This document shows, piece by piece, positions 38,701 through 49,502 of a DNA stretch of 64,000 nucleotides. Source of the DNA: Macrostomum hystrix (Eukaryota > Animalia > Platyhelminthes); assembly GCA_950097015.1 (NCBI GenBank), contig CATNEN010000034.1, positions 3,844,001 to 3,908,000 of the forward strand, read 5' to 3'. Within the stretch, counting starts at the first letter, position 1. Every line of letters starts with the position of its first letter. The notes beneath the pieces are model-generated. The model did no database searches, had not been told where the DNA came from, and was given only the letters and a program-made list of their open reading frames with translations. The translations under genes and the position numbers were made by a program.

Positions 38701-40793
38701 AGGATTCCTTAGGGATTGAGGATTCCTTAGGGATTGAGGATTCCTTAGGGATTGAGGATTCCTTAGGGATTGAGGATTCCTTAGGGATTGAGGATTCCTT
38801 AGGGATTGAGGATTCCTTAGGGATTGAGGATTCCTTAGGGATTGAGGATTCCTTAGGGATTGAGGATTTCTTAGGGATTGAGGATTCCTTAGGGATTGAG
38901 GATTCCTTAGGGATTGAGGATTCCTTCAACTTAAAAATCAGACGATCCCATCCAGCTTTGAGCTGTGCCGCGCCTTCCCGATGGAGACGGCAATAGGAAG
39001 ATAGACAGGGAGGGAAAGCAATGGCTGGTATGGGATATGTTCCCAGACAGTCGGATCCTCTCTGAGCAGATCGGAGCATTGGAAAAATGAAATGAAAAAT
39101 ACCCCCTATCCCTAGGTCGCATGCCGAATGCACCTTCACAGAAGGGGTATAGCAAGCCCTTAGCTATAGATTTAGTAGATGCATATTTTTCCCGTGCCCC
39201 GACATTGAGCAGGAATTTCCTATTGCCATTAGGGAAAGAGGTGGACGGAATCAAAGTGCAGCCCTGATCGATGGCGAAAACATTAAACTGACGAGTTATT
39301 TTACTATTTCGTTTCAATATCAAACGAAGTTCTTTGCGCTTTTTTTAAACTAGCACATCATTTTTTCGTGAAATTTAGGACAACATTAACGCATTTAAAA
39401 TGCCAAGTTAAATGCTATTGCTAATGAATTAACAGTTGGGATGAGAAATTAATAAGAATGCAGTAGCTCGTGTGTATAACGGATTGTGAGACATAGGGAC
39501 TGTGAGTTGTAGGGATTGTGAGATTTAGGGATTGTGAGATGTAGGGATTGTGAGATGTAGGGATTGTGATATTTAGGGACTGTGAGATTTAGGGATTGTG
39601 AATTGTAGGGACTGTGAGATTTAGGGATTGTGAATTGTAGGTACTGTGGGATTTAGGGATTTTGAATTGTAGGTACTGTGAGATTTAGGGATTGTGATAT
39701 TTAGGGACTGTTAGATTTAGGGATTGTGAATTGTAGGGACTGTGAGATTTAGGGAATGTGATATTTAGGGACTGTTAGATTTAGGGATTGTGAATTGTAG
39801 GTACTGTGGGATTTAGGGATTGTGAGATGTAGGGATTGTGAATTGTAGGGACTGTGAATTGTAGGTACTGTGAGATTTAGGGATTGTGAATTGTAGGGAC
39901 TGTGAGATTTAGGGATTGTGATATTTAGGGACTGTGAGATTTAGGGATTGTGAATTGTAGGGACTGTGAGATTTAGGGATTGTGAATTGTAGGTACTGTG
40001 GGATTTAGGGATTTTGAATTGTAGGTACTGTGAGATTTAGGGATTGTGATATTTAGGGACTGTTAGATTTAGGGATTGTGAATTGTAGGGACTGTGAGAT
40101 TTAGGGATTGTGATATTTAGGGACTGTTAGATTTAGGGATTGTGAATTGTAGGTACTGTGGGATTTAGGGATTGTGAGATGTAGGGATTGTGAATTGTAG
40201 GGACTGTGAATTGTAGGGATTGTGAATTGTAGGGATTGTGAATTGTAGGTACTGTGGGATTTTGGGATTGTGAGATGTAGGGATTGTGAATTGTAGGGAT
40301 TGTGAATTGTAGGGATTGTGAATTGTAGGGATTGTGAATTGTAGGGATTGTGAATTGTAGGGATTGTGAGATTAGGAAATTTCTAAACTTCACAGTTTGG
40401 CGTAGAAATAATTCTGAAGCGATTCACAACCCAAATGTTCTCACAGAGCCCATAATCAAGGTGACATTTCACGACGGCAAAAAGGTGGTTAAAACCAAGA
40501 AGACTGGCAAGAGGAATTCTCTGACTGGAGAATTCCGAGACACATTCCGATTGGACATTGGCGAAAGCGAGCTCGACCAACTGACCATCGGCATCAGCGT
40601 GTTCAGCCAGCCGCGCTTCAAGGAGTCCCTGGTTGGCCAGGTGTCCTTGGGTCGATTGTGCAGCGGCAGCGAGGAGGCTGGCCTCTGGCGACGCCTCAGG
40701 CAGGCAGGCTCCGCCACCGAGTCCGTCGGCGCCTGGCTGCCGTTGAAGCCGAAGCATCAGCGGCACAGCAGCAGCTCGCAGTCGTCGCAGTGA
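35115..40793 (+). CDS. Synaptotagmin-like tandem C2-domain protein, no TM segment seen, 4 exons
   Basis: Exons 35115-36167, 36587-36808, 37516-37636 and 40447-40793. C2A: NIRIQYNF...LVVDLRHAKDL...PFARLQLLP...PIWNEKFDF...LIGKAKIPL. C2B: IGEILVSLHYLPNAKRLNMDVLKVRNL...EPIIKV...KTKK...DTFRLDI...LVGQVSLG...W..L. Intron 2 needs a GC donor. The true start is uncertain. Confidence 0.85.
36190..36535 (-). repeat. 14-bp satellite (TCTCAGATCCCAGA)n in Syt-like intron 1
   Basis: Reverse complement of the arrays at 41210 and 45772. Confidence 0.98.
36890..37170 (+). repeat. 12-bp tandem repeat (GTGACTGGGGGA)n in Syt-like intron 2
   Basis: About 22 units. Confidence 0.95.
37780..37910. repeat. (TATAT)n/(TATTC)n microsatellite
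   Basis: Direct observation. Confidence 0.93.
38625..38925 (+). repeat. 18-bp tandem repeat (TTAGGGATTGAGGATTCC)n
   Basis: About 14 clean units, each containing TTAGGG. Confidence 0.96.
39480..40375 (+). repeat. 16-bp tandem repeat (TAGGGATTGTGAGATT / TAGGGATTGTGAATTG)n
   Basis: About 55 units ending ~70 bp before the last Syt-like exon. Confidence 0.96.
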
Positions 40794-41209
40794 TGCCGGA
40801 ATCAAGGCCGACTAATGCGCCGCAATTGTTGCTTCTTGCTTTGTTCCCTATTTTATAGAGTTAACAGAATCCTATACCGAAAACCAGTACTAGTACTGTT
40901 TTTTCGTATTTCCGACTTTAAGAAAACAAAATATTCATATCATACTACTTTGATACGAGCGTAATAAAATTTAACTTTTTTAGTTTCAGCTTAGCGTCTA
41001 AGAATAAAAGATTTTTTCTGTCCTATAATTTTTAAGAAAATCGTCGAATAGGCAATAAATTTTTTTTTTACTTTTCATACCAGATTTTTGTCCAAAGTGT
41101 GCTGTTTCAAAGATATCCCGAAAGTTAGTTTATGTTTTATTTTATCTCCTCTTTGCGACCATATTTTACTTGTTCAATTTGAAACAATTATTTGTGCAGA
41201 AATAATTCA

Positions 41210-42312
41210 ACCTGAGATCTGGGATCTGAGATCTGGGATCTGAGATCTGGGATCTGAGATCTAGGATCTGAGATCTGGGATCTGAGATCTGGGATCTGAG
41301 ATCTGGGATCTGAGATCTGGGATCTGAGATCTGGGAGGATCTGAGATCTGGGATCTGAGATCTGGGATCTGAGATCTGGGATCTGAGATCTGGGATCTGA
41401 GATCTGGGATCTGAGATCTGGGATCTGAGATCTGGGAGGATCTGAGATCTGGGATCTGAGATCTGGGAGGATCTGAGATCTGGGATCTGAGATCTGGGAG
41501 GATCTGAGATCTGGGATCTGAGATCTGGGATCTGAGATCTGGGATCTGAGATCTGGGATCTGAGATCTGGGATCTGAGATCTGGGATCTGAGATCTGGGA
41601 TCTGAGATCTGGGATCTGAGATCTGGGATCTGAGATCTGGGATCTGAGATCTGGGATCTGAGATCTGGGATCTGAGATCTGGGATCTGAGATCTGGGATC
41701 TGAGATCTGGGATCTGAGATCTGGGATCTGAGATCTGGGATCTGAGATCTGGGATCTGAGATCTGGGATCTGAGATCTGGGATCTGAGATCTGGGATCTG
41801 AGATCTGGGATCTGAGATCTGGGATCTGAGATCTGGGATCTGAGATCTGGGATCTGAGATCTGGGATCTGAGATCTGGGATCTGAGATCTGGGATCTGAG
41901 ATCTGGGATCTGAGATCTGGGATCTGAGATCTGGGATCTGAGATCTGGGATCTGAGATCTGGGATCTGAGATCTGGGATCTGAGATCTGGGATCTGAGAT
42001 CTGGGATCTGAGATCTGGGATCTGAGATCTGGGATCTGAGATCTGGGATCTGAGATCTGGGAGGATCTGAGATCTGGGATCTGAGATCTGGGAGGATCTG
42101 AGATCTGGGAGGATCTGAGATCTGGGAGGATCTGAGATCTGGGAGGATCTGAGATCTGGGAGGATCTGAGATCTAGGATTTGAGATCTGGGATCTGAGAT
42201 CTGGGAGGATCTGAGATCTGGGAGGATCTGAGATCTGGGAGGATCTGAGATCTGGGATCTGAGATCTGGGATCTGAGATCTGGGAGGATCTGAGATCTGG
42301 GATTTGAGATCT
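41210..42312 (+). repeat. 14-bp satellite (GATCTGAGATCTGG)n with 17-bp GGAG-insertion variants
   Basis: About 75 units; the 383-aa minus-strand ORF is its translation. Confidence 0.98.
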
Positions 42313-43345
42313 AAATAAACTTGCCGCCCATTTTAACAAAGATGCTTATTTCCAAAACAAGTTTTAGAAAAGCGATTACTGCCACATCCCAACTGCTAAT
42401 CATTGAAAGCGCTTTCCGTGTTGTTTTTGTCGTTTTGTTATTCTCCACCTTGTGCAAGAGCGGCAGACCTAAATATTGAATATACGGCTCGTAAGCGTTT
42501 GCAGTTTAAAGTGCACACAAATTATCAAGCTTGCTTCGCGCCAACAATTTAGCTTTTTTAAGCAGCCTTTTACAGGGCCACATGCGAGTGTTATTAGAAA
42601 GTTAATTTTAATATTGGTCTGCGATAAACCCAGATCTGAGATTGAAAAATTCTTAGAACAAGCCTGAATTTCACTGCAAACACGCTGAAGCAGATGAAAT
42701 AGATGCTTTGAGACTGCTTTATTTTCTCCTAAGCAAGGCGACTCAAAATTAACTAAGCGGTTAGCTCCCTACCTGTTTACTCTTGCATGCGCTCACATCC
42801 TTTTTGCTAATTAAAAAACAGTCCACAGGATGCTAAGTTGGATGCGAGCACTTTATTGACACTTGATGCAGCGCCCAGCTTTCCTGTCCCGCGTACTTGG
42901 CGACTATTATTAGATGAAAGCCGAGTAGAATACTCAACTGAGCTATATAGACCGAGCACTGTCAGCCCGGACTTCGGGTCTATTTTTAGCCCTGACTCAG
43001 GCGGCCCAGCACGCAGTCGAATGAAGCCTGTCTATCTTCGACGAAAGTTTTCTGCTTCAATTTCGTGTTAAATTTCGCGTACAACCCAAATGTGCAAACC
43101 AAATCAAGATCGTTTTGGACTAGAGCCCCCCGGTTGCTAAAGTGTTGTGGCCGGAGAGAACATTCTTATTGAGAAGGACGGAAAAAGAGAGATATAAAAT
43201 TAAACGCATATTCGGCCACCACTGTGAAAGCAAGTTTTCTCTCTCTCCGAATTCAGACGCTAAACAGCACCAGGTTGTGTTATAAGGTTGATAAATAATC
43301 AGGTCCACTTAGAAACCCGATTCCGAAGCCAGAAAAATCACTGCC

Positions 43346-45709
43346 ATGGCTTCCAACATTTCGGTTGCAAGCTGCGCCCGCTGGCTGGGCAAAGTTTTGG
43401 GTCCACCGAACAGCCATAGCTCCACCATCCATGTACCAGCAGCCGCCGTCGCTACCGCCGCCGCCACAGCTGCCGCCACTCAGGAACCAGACGAAGAGCT
43501 TCGCAACAGGCTGCTGCTCCACGACAGCCTGGAGCCGGGAGACCTGACTGCCGCCCTGGCCGACGGTCGCCTTTTGCGACGCCTGCGTCGGCGACTACTT
43601 CGATCGCGCCGAATCAGCGCGCTGCTCCAGGAGGGCCACGAGAGTTGCATCGACGCTGACGATGGCGAAGACATTGACGGCGAGGACGATGACGAAGAAG
43701 GTGAGGAGGCCATACGTCGACGCGTCACGAAATTCCTCGACAGTTGCCGGACGGATTTTCGCTTGCCGGCCGAATGCCTGTTCGAGCTGGCCGACCTTCA
43801 GCCCGAATCTGGCGCTGACGGCCACTCCGACCCCGAGCGGGTGCTGCGCTGCCTGAACGCGCTCAGCCAATCAGATTCAGCCGCTGTTGCTGGCCTAGTG
43901 GTCGAATCGGCTGTCGCTGTCGCTACCGAGGATGCCTCCATCAGCTCAGCGGCCAAGCCAGCCGGGCAGAGCTGCTGGGACGGTCCGGTGCTGGCCACGC
44001 TGAACCAGTTCGTTGGCTTCTTCCGGGCCTGCCGCATCCTGGCTCGGGAGCTGCGCGAGTCGCCGCTGAGCCTGTGGTCCGGCGAGGCAGTCGACGCGGT
44101 GTTCGGCCGATCTGTCGGCCTGCTGGAGCTGATGTCGAATCTGCGCATGAGCGTGATCTCCGGCGACGAGCAGCTGGACGAAGCGCTGGCCAGGCGAGAG
44201 AACCAGCTGGCGCAGCTGTACACTGGACACTGGTGGCACACAATCCTCAATGGCAATCGGACGCTGAAGAAGCTGGAAAAAGAAAATAAAGACTGCTTGA
44301 GCCAGGTGACGCTGGCCCTGGCGAAGCTGCCCCAGACATTTGAGTCGGCCGCTAAAACCTCCTCGGATCTCCTGCAGATGCCGATGAATCACGTGCGCCG
44401 GTTGAAGAGTGCGGCGAATGAAGCGCTTTCCAAGGCCAACGTGTCTGCCGAAGAAATGCACCGGCTGCAGGCCGTGTTGGATGTGCTCACGCGAGTTGAA
44501 GATCGGGTCAATCGGTGCATTCGGAACACTAACAGGTGAGCAATTGTGACACATTACGAGTTACAAATTATTTTACACAAGAAAAGTGCTTTCATTTGGC
44601 GCAGACACTTGACGCCGAGCTGTGAAGAGTTTGAGAGCCTGAGCTGGCCCGTCAATCCTACCTTCCGAGTTGACAACGCCATGGAGCTGGGGCGCCTGCG
44701 GCACAAGGGCTCCGTGACCGGCCCGGACAACAAGAGGGTCCACGCGAGCCTGTGGGACCGGGCGCTGGTTCTGTCGCAGTCCGGCGAAGTTCAGCAGGTC
44801 CTGGAGATCGGGCCTGATGTCAAATTCGAGGAGGTTGGTGGTGGCGCCGGAGCGGCAGGCGGTGGTCTGGGTGCCAAGCTGATCAAGCGCGCGCCCTCTT
44901 TCAGCTTCCAGTTGAAATTTCCGAGCAGTGCTCAAACCCCATCGATCAGTCTCAGTCTCGGCTGCGAATCCGGCAGCGAGCGCGAGAATTGGCTGAAAGC
45001 CTTCAACAATGCACGAGACGCCTGGCGACCCGTCGGCTTCAACGTGCACGGCCACTGCTTCCGTCGAATGCCAACGGCTCCGGACTCACGGCCGTCGGAC
45101 GCCTGTCGGCACTGCGACAAGCCGCTGGGCTGCTGGGCGCACAGCTGCGAACGCTGTCGGGTTTGGCTGCACCGGCGCTGCATCACTGACGCCTGCAGTC
45201 CGACCAGCGCGCTGCCGCACCTGCGCTGCCAGCCGGTGCCACGGCCGAGGAAAAGTTTGAAATCCGACTCCGGACAGAAGAGTTCAACGGCTCTGAGCTG
45301 GTGCGAGGCGGCGCCGATCGATGCGGAGACCGCCAGGGTCCGGCTGCGTCAGCTGCCCGAGATGCGGCCCGGCCGGCGAAGGAACTTTCTTCTGTGCCCG
45401 TCGTCTTCGTCAACCGGCGGCGGCTCAACAACTCGGACTTGTTCGGCTAGCAGCAGTGGCAGCGGCTACCAGCTGCACGTGCTGTCTGGAGAGGCCGTGC
45501 GCACCTACCAGGTGGAGTCGGTCATCGAGGACCAGATGCTGCGCATTGCCGGCACAAGGGAATCTTTTCCCGGCCTCAACGACCTGGTGCGCCACTATGC
45601 CGCGAACCCGCTGCCTCCCATGGGCGACGGCGAGCAGCTGGAGGAGGACGTCTACGAGGTCATGGAAAATGATGTGCTCATTTTTGACAGCGGCGTTGCT
45701 GACTGCTAA
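43346..45709 (+). CDS. Divergent Vav-like protein (CH - DH-like - PH - C1 - SH2-like), about 764 aa, 2 exons
   Basis: GCCATGG start; exons 43346-44535 and 44605-45709 with a 69-bp phase-2 GT-AG intron. CH: ALADGRLL...TKFLDSCRTDFRLPAECLFELADL...RVLRCLNALS. DH: AVFG...DLLQMPMNHV...RVNRCIR. PH: LGRLRHKG...ERENWLKAFNNA. C1: H..C RH C..C ER C RVWL H RR C..C. SH2: NFLL...YQLHV...FPGLNDLVRHY. Confidence 0.8.
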
Positions 45710-45771
45710 TTATCTGATACTTTATAAGGCATCCGCGGATTCATGAACGTGTACATTTTTATGGCATATGT

Positions 45772-46330
45772 GACCTGGGATCTGGGATCTGGGATCTGGG
45801 ATCTGGGACCTGAGATCTCAGACCTGGGATCTGGGATCTGAGATCTGGGATCTGAGATCTGGGACCTGAGATCTCAGACCTGAGATCTGGGATCTGAGAT
45901 CTGGGATCTGGGACCTGAGATCTCAGACCTGGGATCTGGGATCTGGGATCTGGGACCTGAGATCTCAGACCTGGGATCTGGGATCTGGGATCTGGGATCT
46001 GAGATCTGGGATCTGAGATCTGGGATCTGAGATCTGGGATCTGAGATCTGGGATCTGAGATCTGGGATCTGAGATCTGGGATCTGAGATCTGGGATCTGA
46101 GATCTGGGATCTGAGATCTGGGATCTGAGATCTGGGATCTGAGATCTGGGATCTGAGATCTGGGATCTGAGATCTGGGATCTGAGATCTGGGATCTGAGA
46201 TCTGGGATCTGAGATCTGGGATCTGAGATCTGGGATCTGAGATCTGGGATCTGAGATCTGGGATCTGAGATCTGGGATCTGAGATCTGGGATCTGAGATC
46301 TGGGATCTGAGATCTGTTACCTGAGATTTT
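45772..46330 (+). repeat. 14-bp satellite (GATCTGAGATCTGG)n, third array
   Basis: Starts ~60 bp after the Vav-like stop; same orientation as the 41210 array. Confidence 0.97.
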
Positions 46331-47134
46331 GGATCTTAGATCGGAGATCAAAATTGGTCTGATGATTTCTAAATGAATGCGTTCGGATCAGTAATGCGAG
46401 TATTGTAAGCACTTTTTTCTTTTCAGAACTTTGCTTAACTCGACTCAATAAAAAGTAACCTAAGTTGTTTTAACTTAGTTATGCCATCTTCATTTAATGC
46501 AACATTATAAATTTTATTTGAAAAAATCTAAATCACTTCCAGTTGGTCACACTTTACATACAATGTCTAGGATTGGTAGCAAATCTAAAAATTTACCCCA
46601 TCAGAAAGTTACAATTCAATAAAAGTTGGTCTAAACACTTCAACTCCACATGTTGTGTGTCACGGATTGCTTCATTTCATCAGCTGACACCGGACATTCT
46701 TCATGTTATCCCAGGAAGCGTTTCATTCAAGTCTATGAGAAACTACTTTTTCATTATTGTATTTTACTTTTTTGTATTTTTGTGACTCATTTTGCTTTGC
46801 GTCGTAAACTGTGCACTGAAATGCTTTTGCGTGGAAATCTTGAATTTCTTAAATTTCAATTGAAAAGAAAGTTATATAGCTCGTATAATAAAACAAGCTA
46901 CAATTTCAATAATCTACATAGTTGTTACTATTTATACACTAGCATCCAAAATCAATGATTCACACTTCAATGATGTCAATGATGACAACTGCATTACTTT
47001 GAGTAGAATCATAAGAAAATATTCTTTCCTCGTATAAATGAGATGCGAACAGCAAAGGAGTTAACTCGTTAGACGCATCTCGCTATAGATTTTCATTTAA
47101 TAGATCTGAGCTCTGAGAATCTCACTACGATTAA

Positions 47135-49482
47135 TGAAATAGTGCGGGTCTTTTGCTAGCCGATGACCGCCCTCATGAAAGATAGGAGTGTGGAAAACGA
47201 CGATAGAGTCGGAGGTCGATCGCTGCTGCCGCGAGTTGTCGCAGAGAGGGATGACGAAGGGAGGGATGAAGGGAGAGATGAAGGGAGAGATGAGGCGGTA
47301 CAAAGGATGCAAGTGAGTGGTCCTATTGGCCTCAGGCTGGCCAGTCCCACCCAACCCATAGGCCACAGGCATGACTGCCGTGCCCACCCCAAGCAGTGCT
47401 CGAAACCGGCTAAAAGTCTAAATAGATGTCGGACTACCCGCAAGCGAATAGGACAGGGCTAGATAGCCTACTGTCATCAGTAGCATGTTCGTAACTGACT
47501 CCTAACTTTGGTAGCAGTGGTCGACTCGGCCTAGGCACTTGTCTTAGAAATGCGGAAAGGCTATCGGCAAAGCGGATAATGATCGAAGGTAGCGCCACCA
47601 CCCAATGCGCCTACGTTGCCACCGCAGACATTTGGGAACTTGGGTCCCCGGAGCTCGCAGCTCCCAGTTTGTCACACAGATCTTAGACAAGCCGAAAAAT
47701 AGAGCATTCTGTAACTTCCGTTTTAGACTAGGGTGAGAACCCCAGAATGGATCGAGTCACGCCTCACAAGGGGATTCCTGAAACTGCGCTACAGTGGTCT
47801 AGAAAGGTGGTACTCCGAACCCGAATGAGAAATCCATAGCCAGAATCCTACTCATGAGACATTAGACACATTCCTTACATTAGATTGCAGCCTACACATT
47901 GAATAACTAGCAAATCCGAATCTGTGTGAGATGAGGAAATCAGAGGCAGGAGAGATTAAGCTGAACACTGGCTGAGTGATTATGCAAGCAGGAAATTATT
48001 AGATCACACCCCTCGCTCCCATGGCGGCGGCAGCGAGAGGCGGGGAACAGAAGGGAAACATTAATTGACAGGGGAGGTTGACACGCACTCCTTGATCTGC
48101 CAGAAAGAGAGGAAAAACCCGCCAAGGAATTCCCCCACCCCTAGCAGAGAAACACATGCTACGCTCCGCATATTACTCGCAAATCCCTAGCTCCTTATTA
48201 CTTCCATGCGCGCTCACAGTTATCCTCCTGCCGCAGCTTTCAGCTAGGCATCACCAGAGCCCATCCCCCTAATAAGTTAGCCACTCATGATCGAGGGCCG
48301 TCTAACGATAAAATAAGAGAAAGTGAAATGCATAGTAAAAAGGATTTAAGTTGTTATTAAATTGCCCAATAAATTAGATAAGCTGTGATTTAATAGTTTT
48401 ATTAGGCTAAATCAAATCCCTGCCCTTGCCTTATTACCCACTAGCTAAATAGTAAATCCCTTAGGGATAGCAATAAAAGTCCGCTGCGCGGGTTACTTAT
48501 CTGACTACGCTGGTTGACAGGCTGCAGGCCGTCGATCTCGCGGGGGAATGCAAATGAACGGGAGAAAAGGTGAGGGATTGCTGAGTACAGTTGGCAAGGG
48601 GCCAGACTGCAGGGAGCTCAAGGCTCAATTTGGAGCGCACCTAAGGAGGTGGCTTGCGCTTAAGGGCACTAGCAGGTAGTTGCCTGCTGCTATGATCTGG
48701 AGCCTTAGGCTCAGGGACTAGGTGCTAGCCTAGAAGGGGGAGAGTCCACGGACCGAGTTCCGGGACCGGACAAGGGAAAAAGGTTGTAAGGGCGGACGGT
48801 CCAAAGGGAGGTCCGGGGGAAGGTTAAAGGTGTCCTGGGAAGGTTGTTCTAGGGGCAGCGCAGCGCGCTCTCTTAAATAGTCCTGCAGCTCCGCCAACCT
48901 CGCATTCATCAAAATAACCCACATGCTCGCCGGCCTGTCAGCGAGGAATCGGGTCGGCAGTATGCCACCCCAATTGCCCACTGAAGCGGCGGCGAGAATC
49001 GCCAGATGCCCCACTAGGAGCGTCTGCCGGCAGTCGGCCAATGATTGTGATCCCGCCGGGATATGGGAAGCGCAGGCGCCGACCTGCCTATAGTGTCGTT
49101 ACATGTATCTAAAGGGGGAAAGGTCATAATCGAGCCCCGGCTCGGGTTACAGTAAAGAAGAGGGACATGAAGAATTAAAGCTCACTCTAAACGCATGAGT
49201 GCTCCCGACAATCTGATCGCGGTTTGGAGGGGAATTATGACCTAAACTAGTCCATACAGTATTGCTATTTCCGCGATCAGTCACTCCTACAGGGGACTAG
49301 ACAGATCCGAGACAAAGGGAATCGGCGGCTACTTAATTCACCTCCGCCCCAAGTCTGGCCCTAAGATTAATGATGGTGTTCTGCGGCCAGCTGCTATGTG
49401 GGTCGCGATTATTAACTTGCTAAAAATGGAAAAATTAGGCTGGCTCACAACCCCACTCGATTCCGAAGTACACTCCACATCA
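47135..49482 (-). repeat. 3' LTR of element 2 (2348 bp)
   Basis: Looks identical to 53683-56030; the ORF track gives the same internal peptides at a 6548-bp offset. Confidence 0.95.
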
Positions 49483-49502
49483 CACCGCCTTCGCTCACTT
49501 TC
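49483..49502 (-). promoter_or_regulatory. Polypurine tract GAAAGTGAGCGAAGGCGGTG of element 2
   Basis: Purine-rich run abutting the 3' LTR on the minus strand. Confidence 0.75.

Noticed and set aside
36170-46351. (SQIPDLRSQISDPR)n ORFs at 36170, 41188 and 45965
   Set aside because: They are stop-free readings of the 14-bp satellite.
47163-47318. Antisense ORF in the LTR U5 region ending at a CAA|GTGAGT donor (also at 53711)
   Set aside because: It is low-complexity (DEGR x3 from a 12-bp repeat) with no promoter or acceptor identified, and one such donor is expected by chance.
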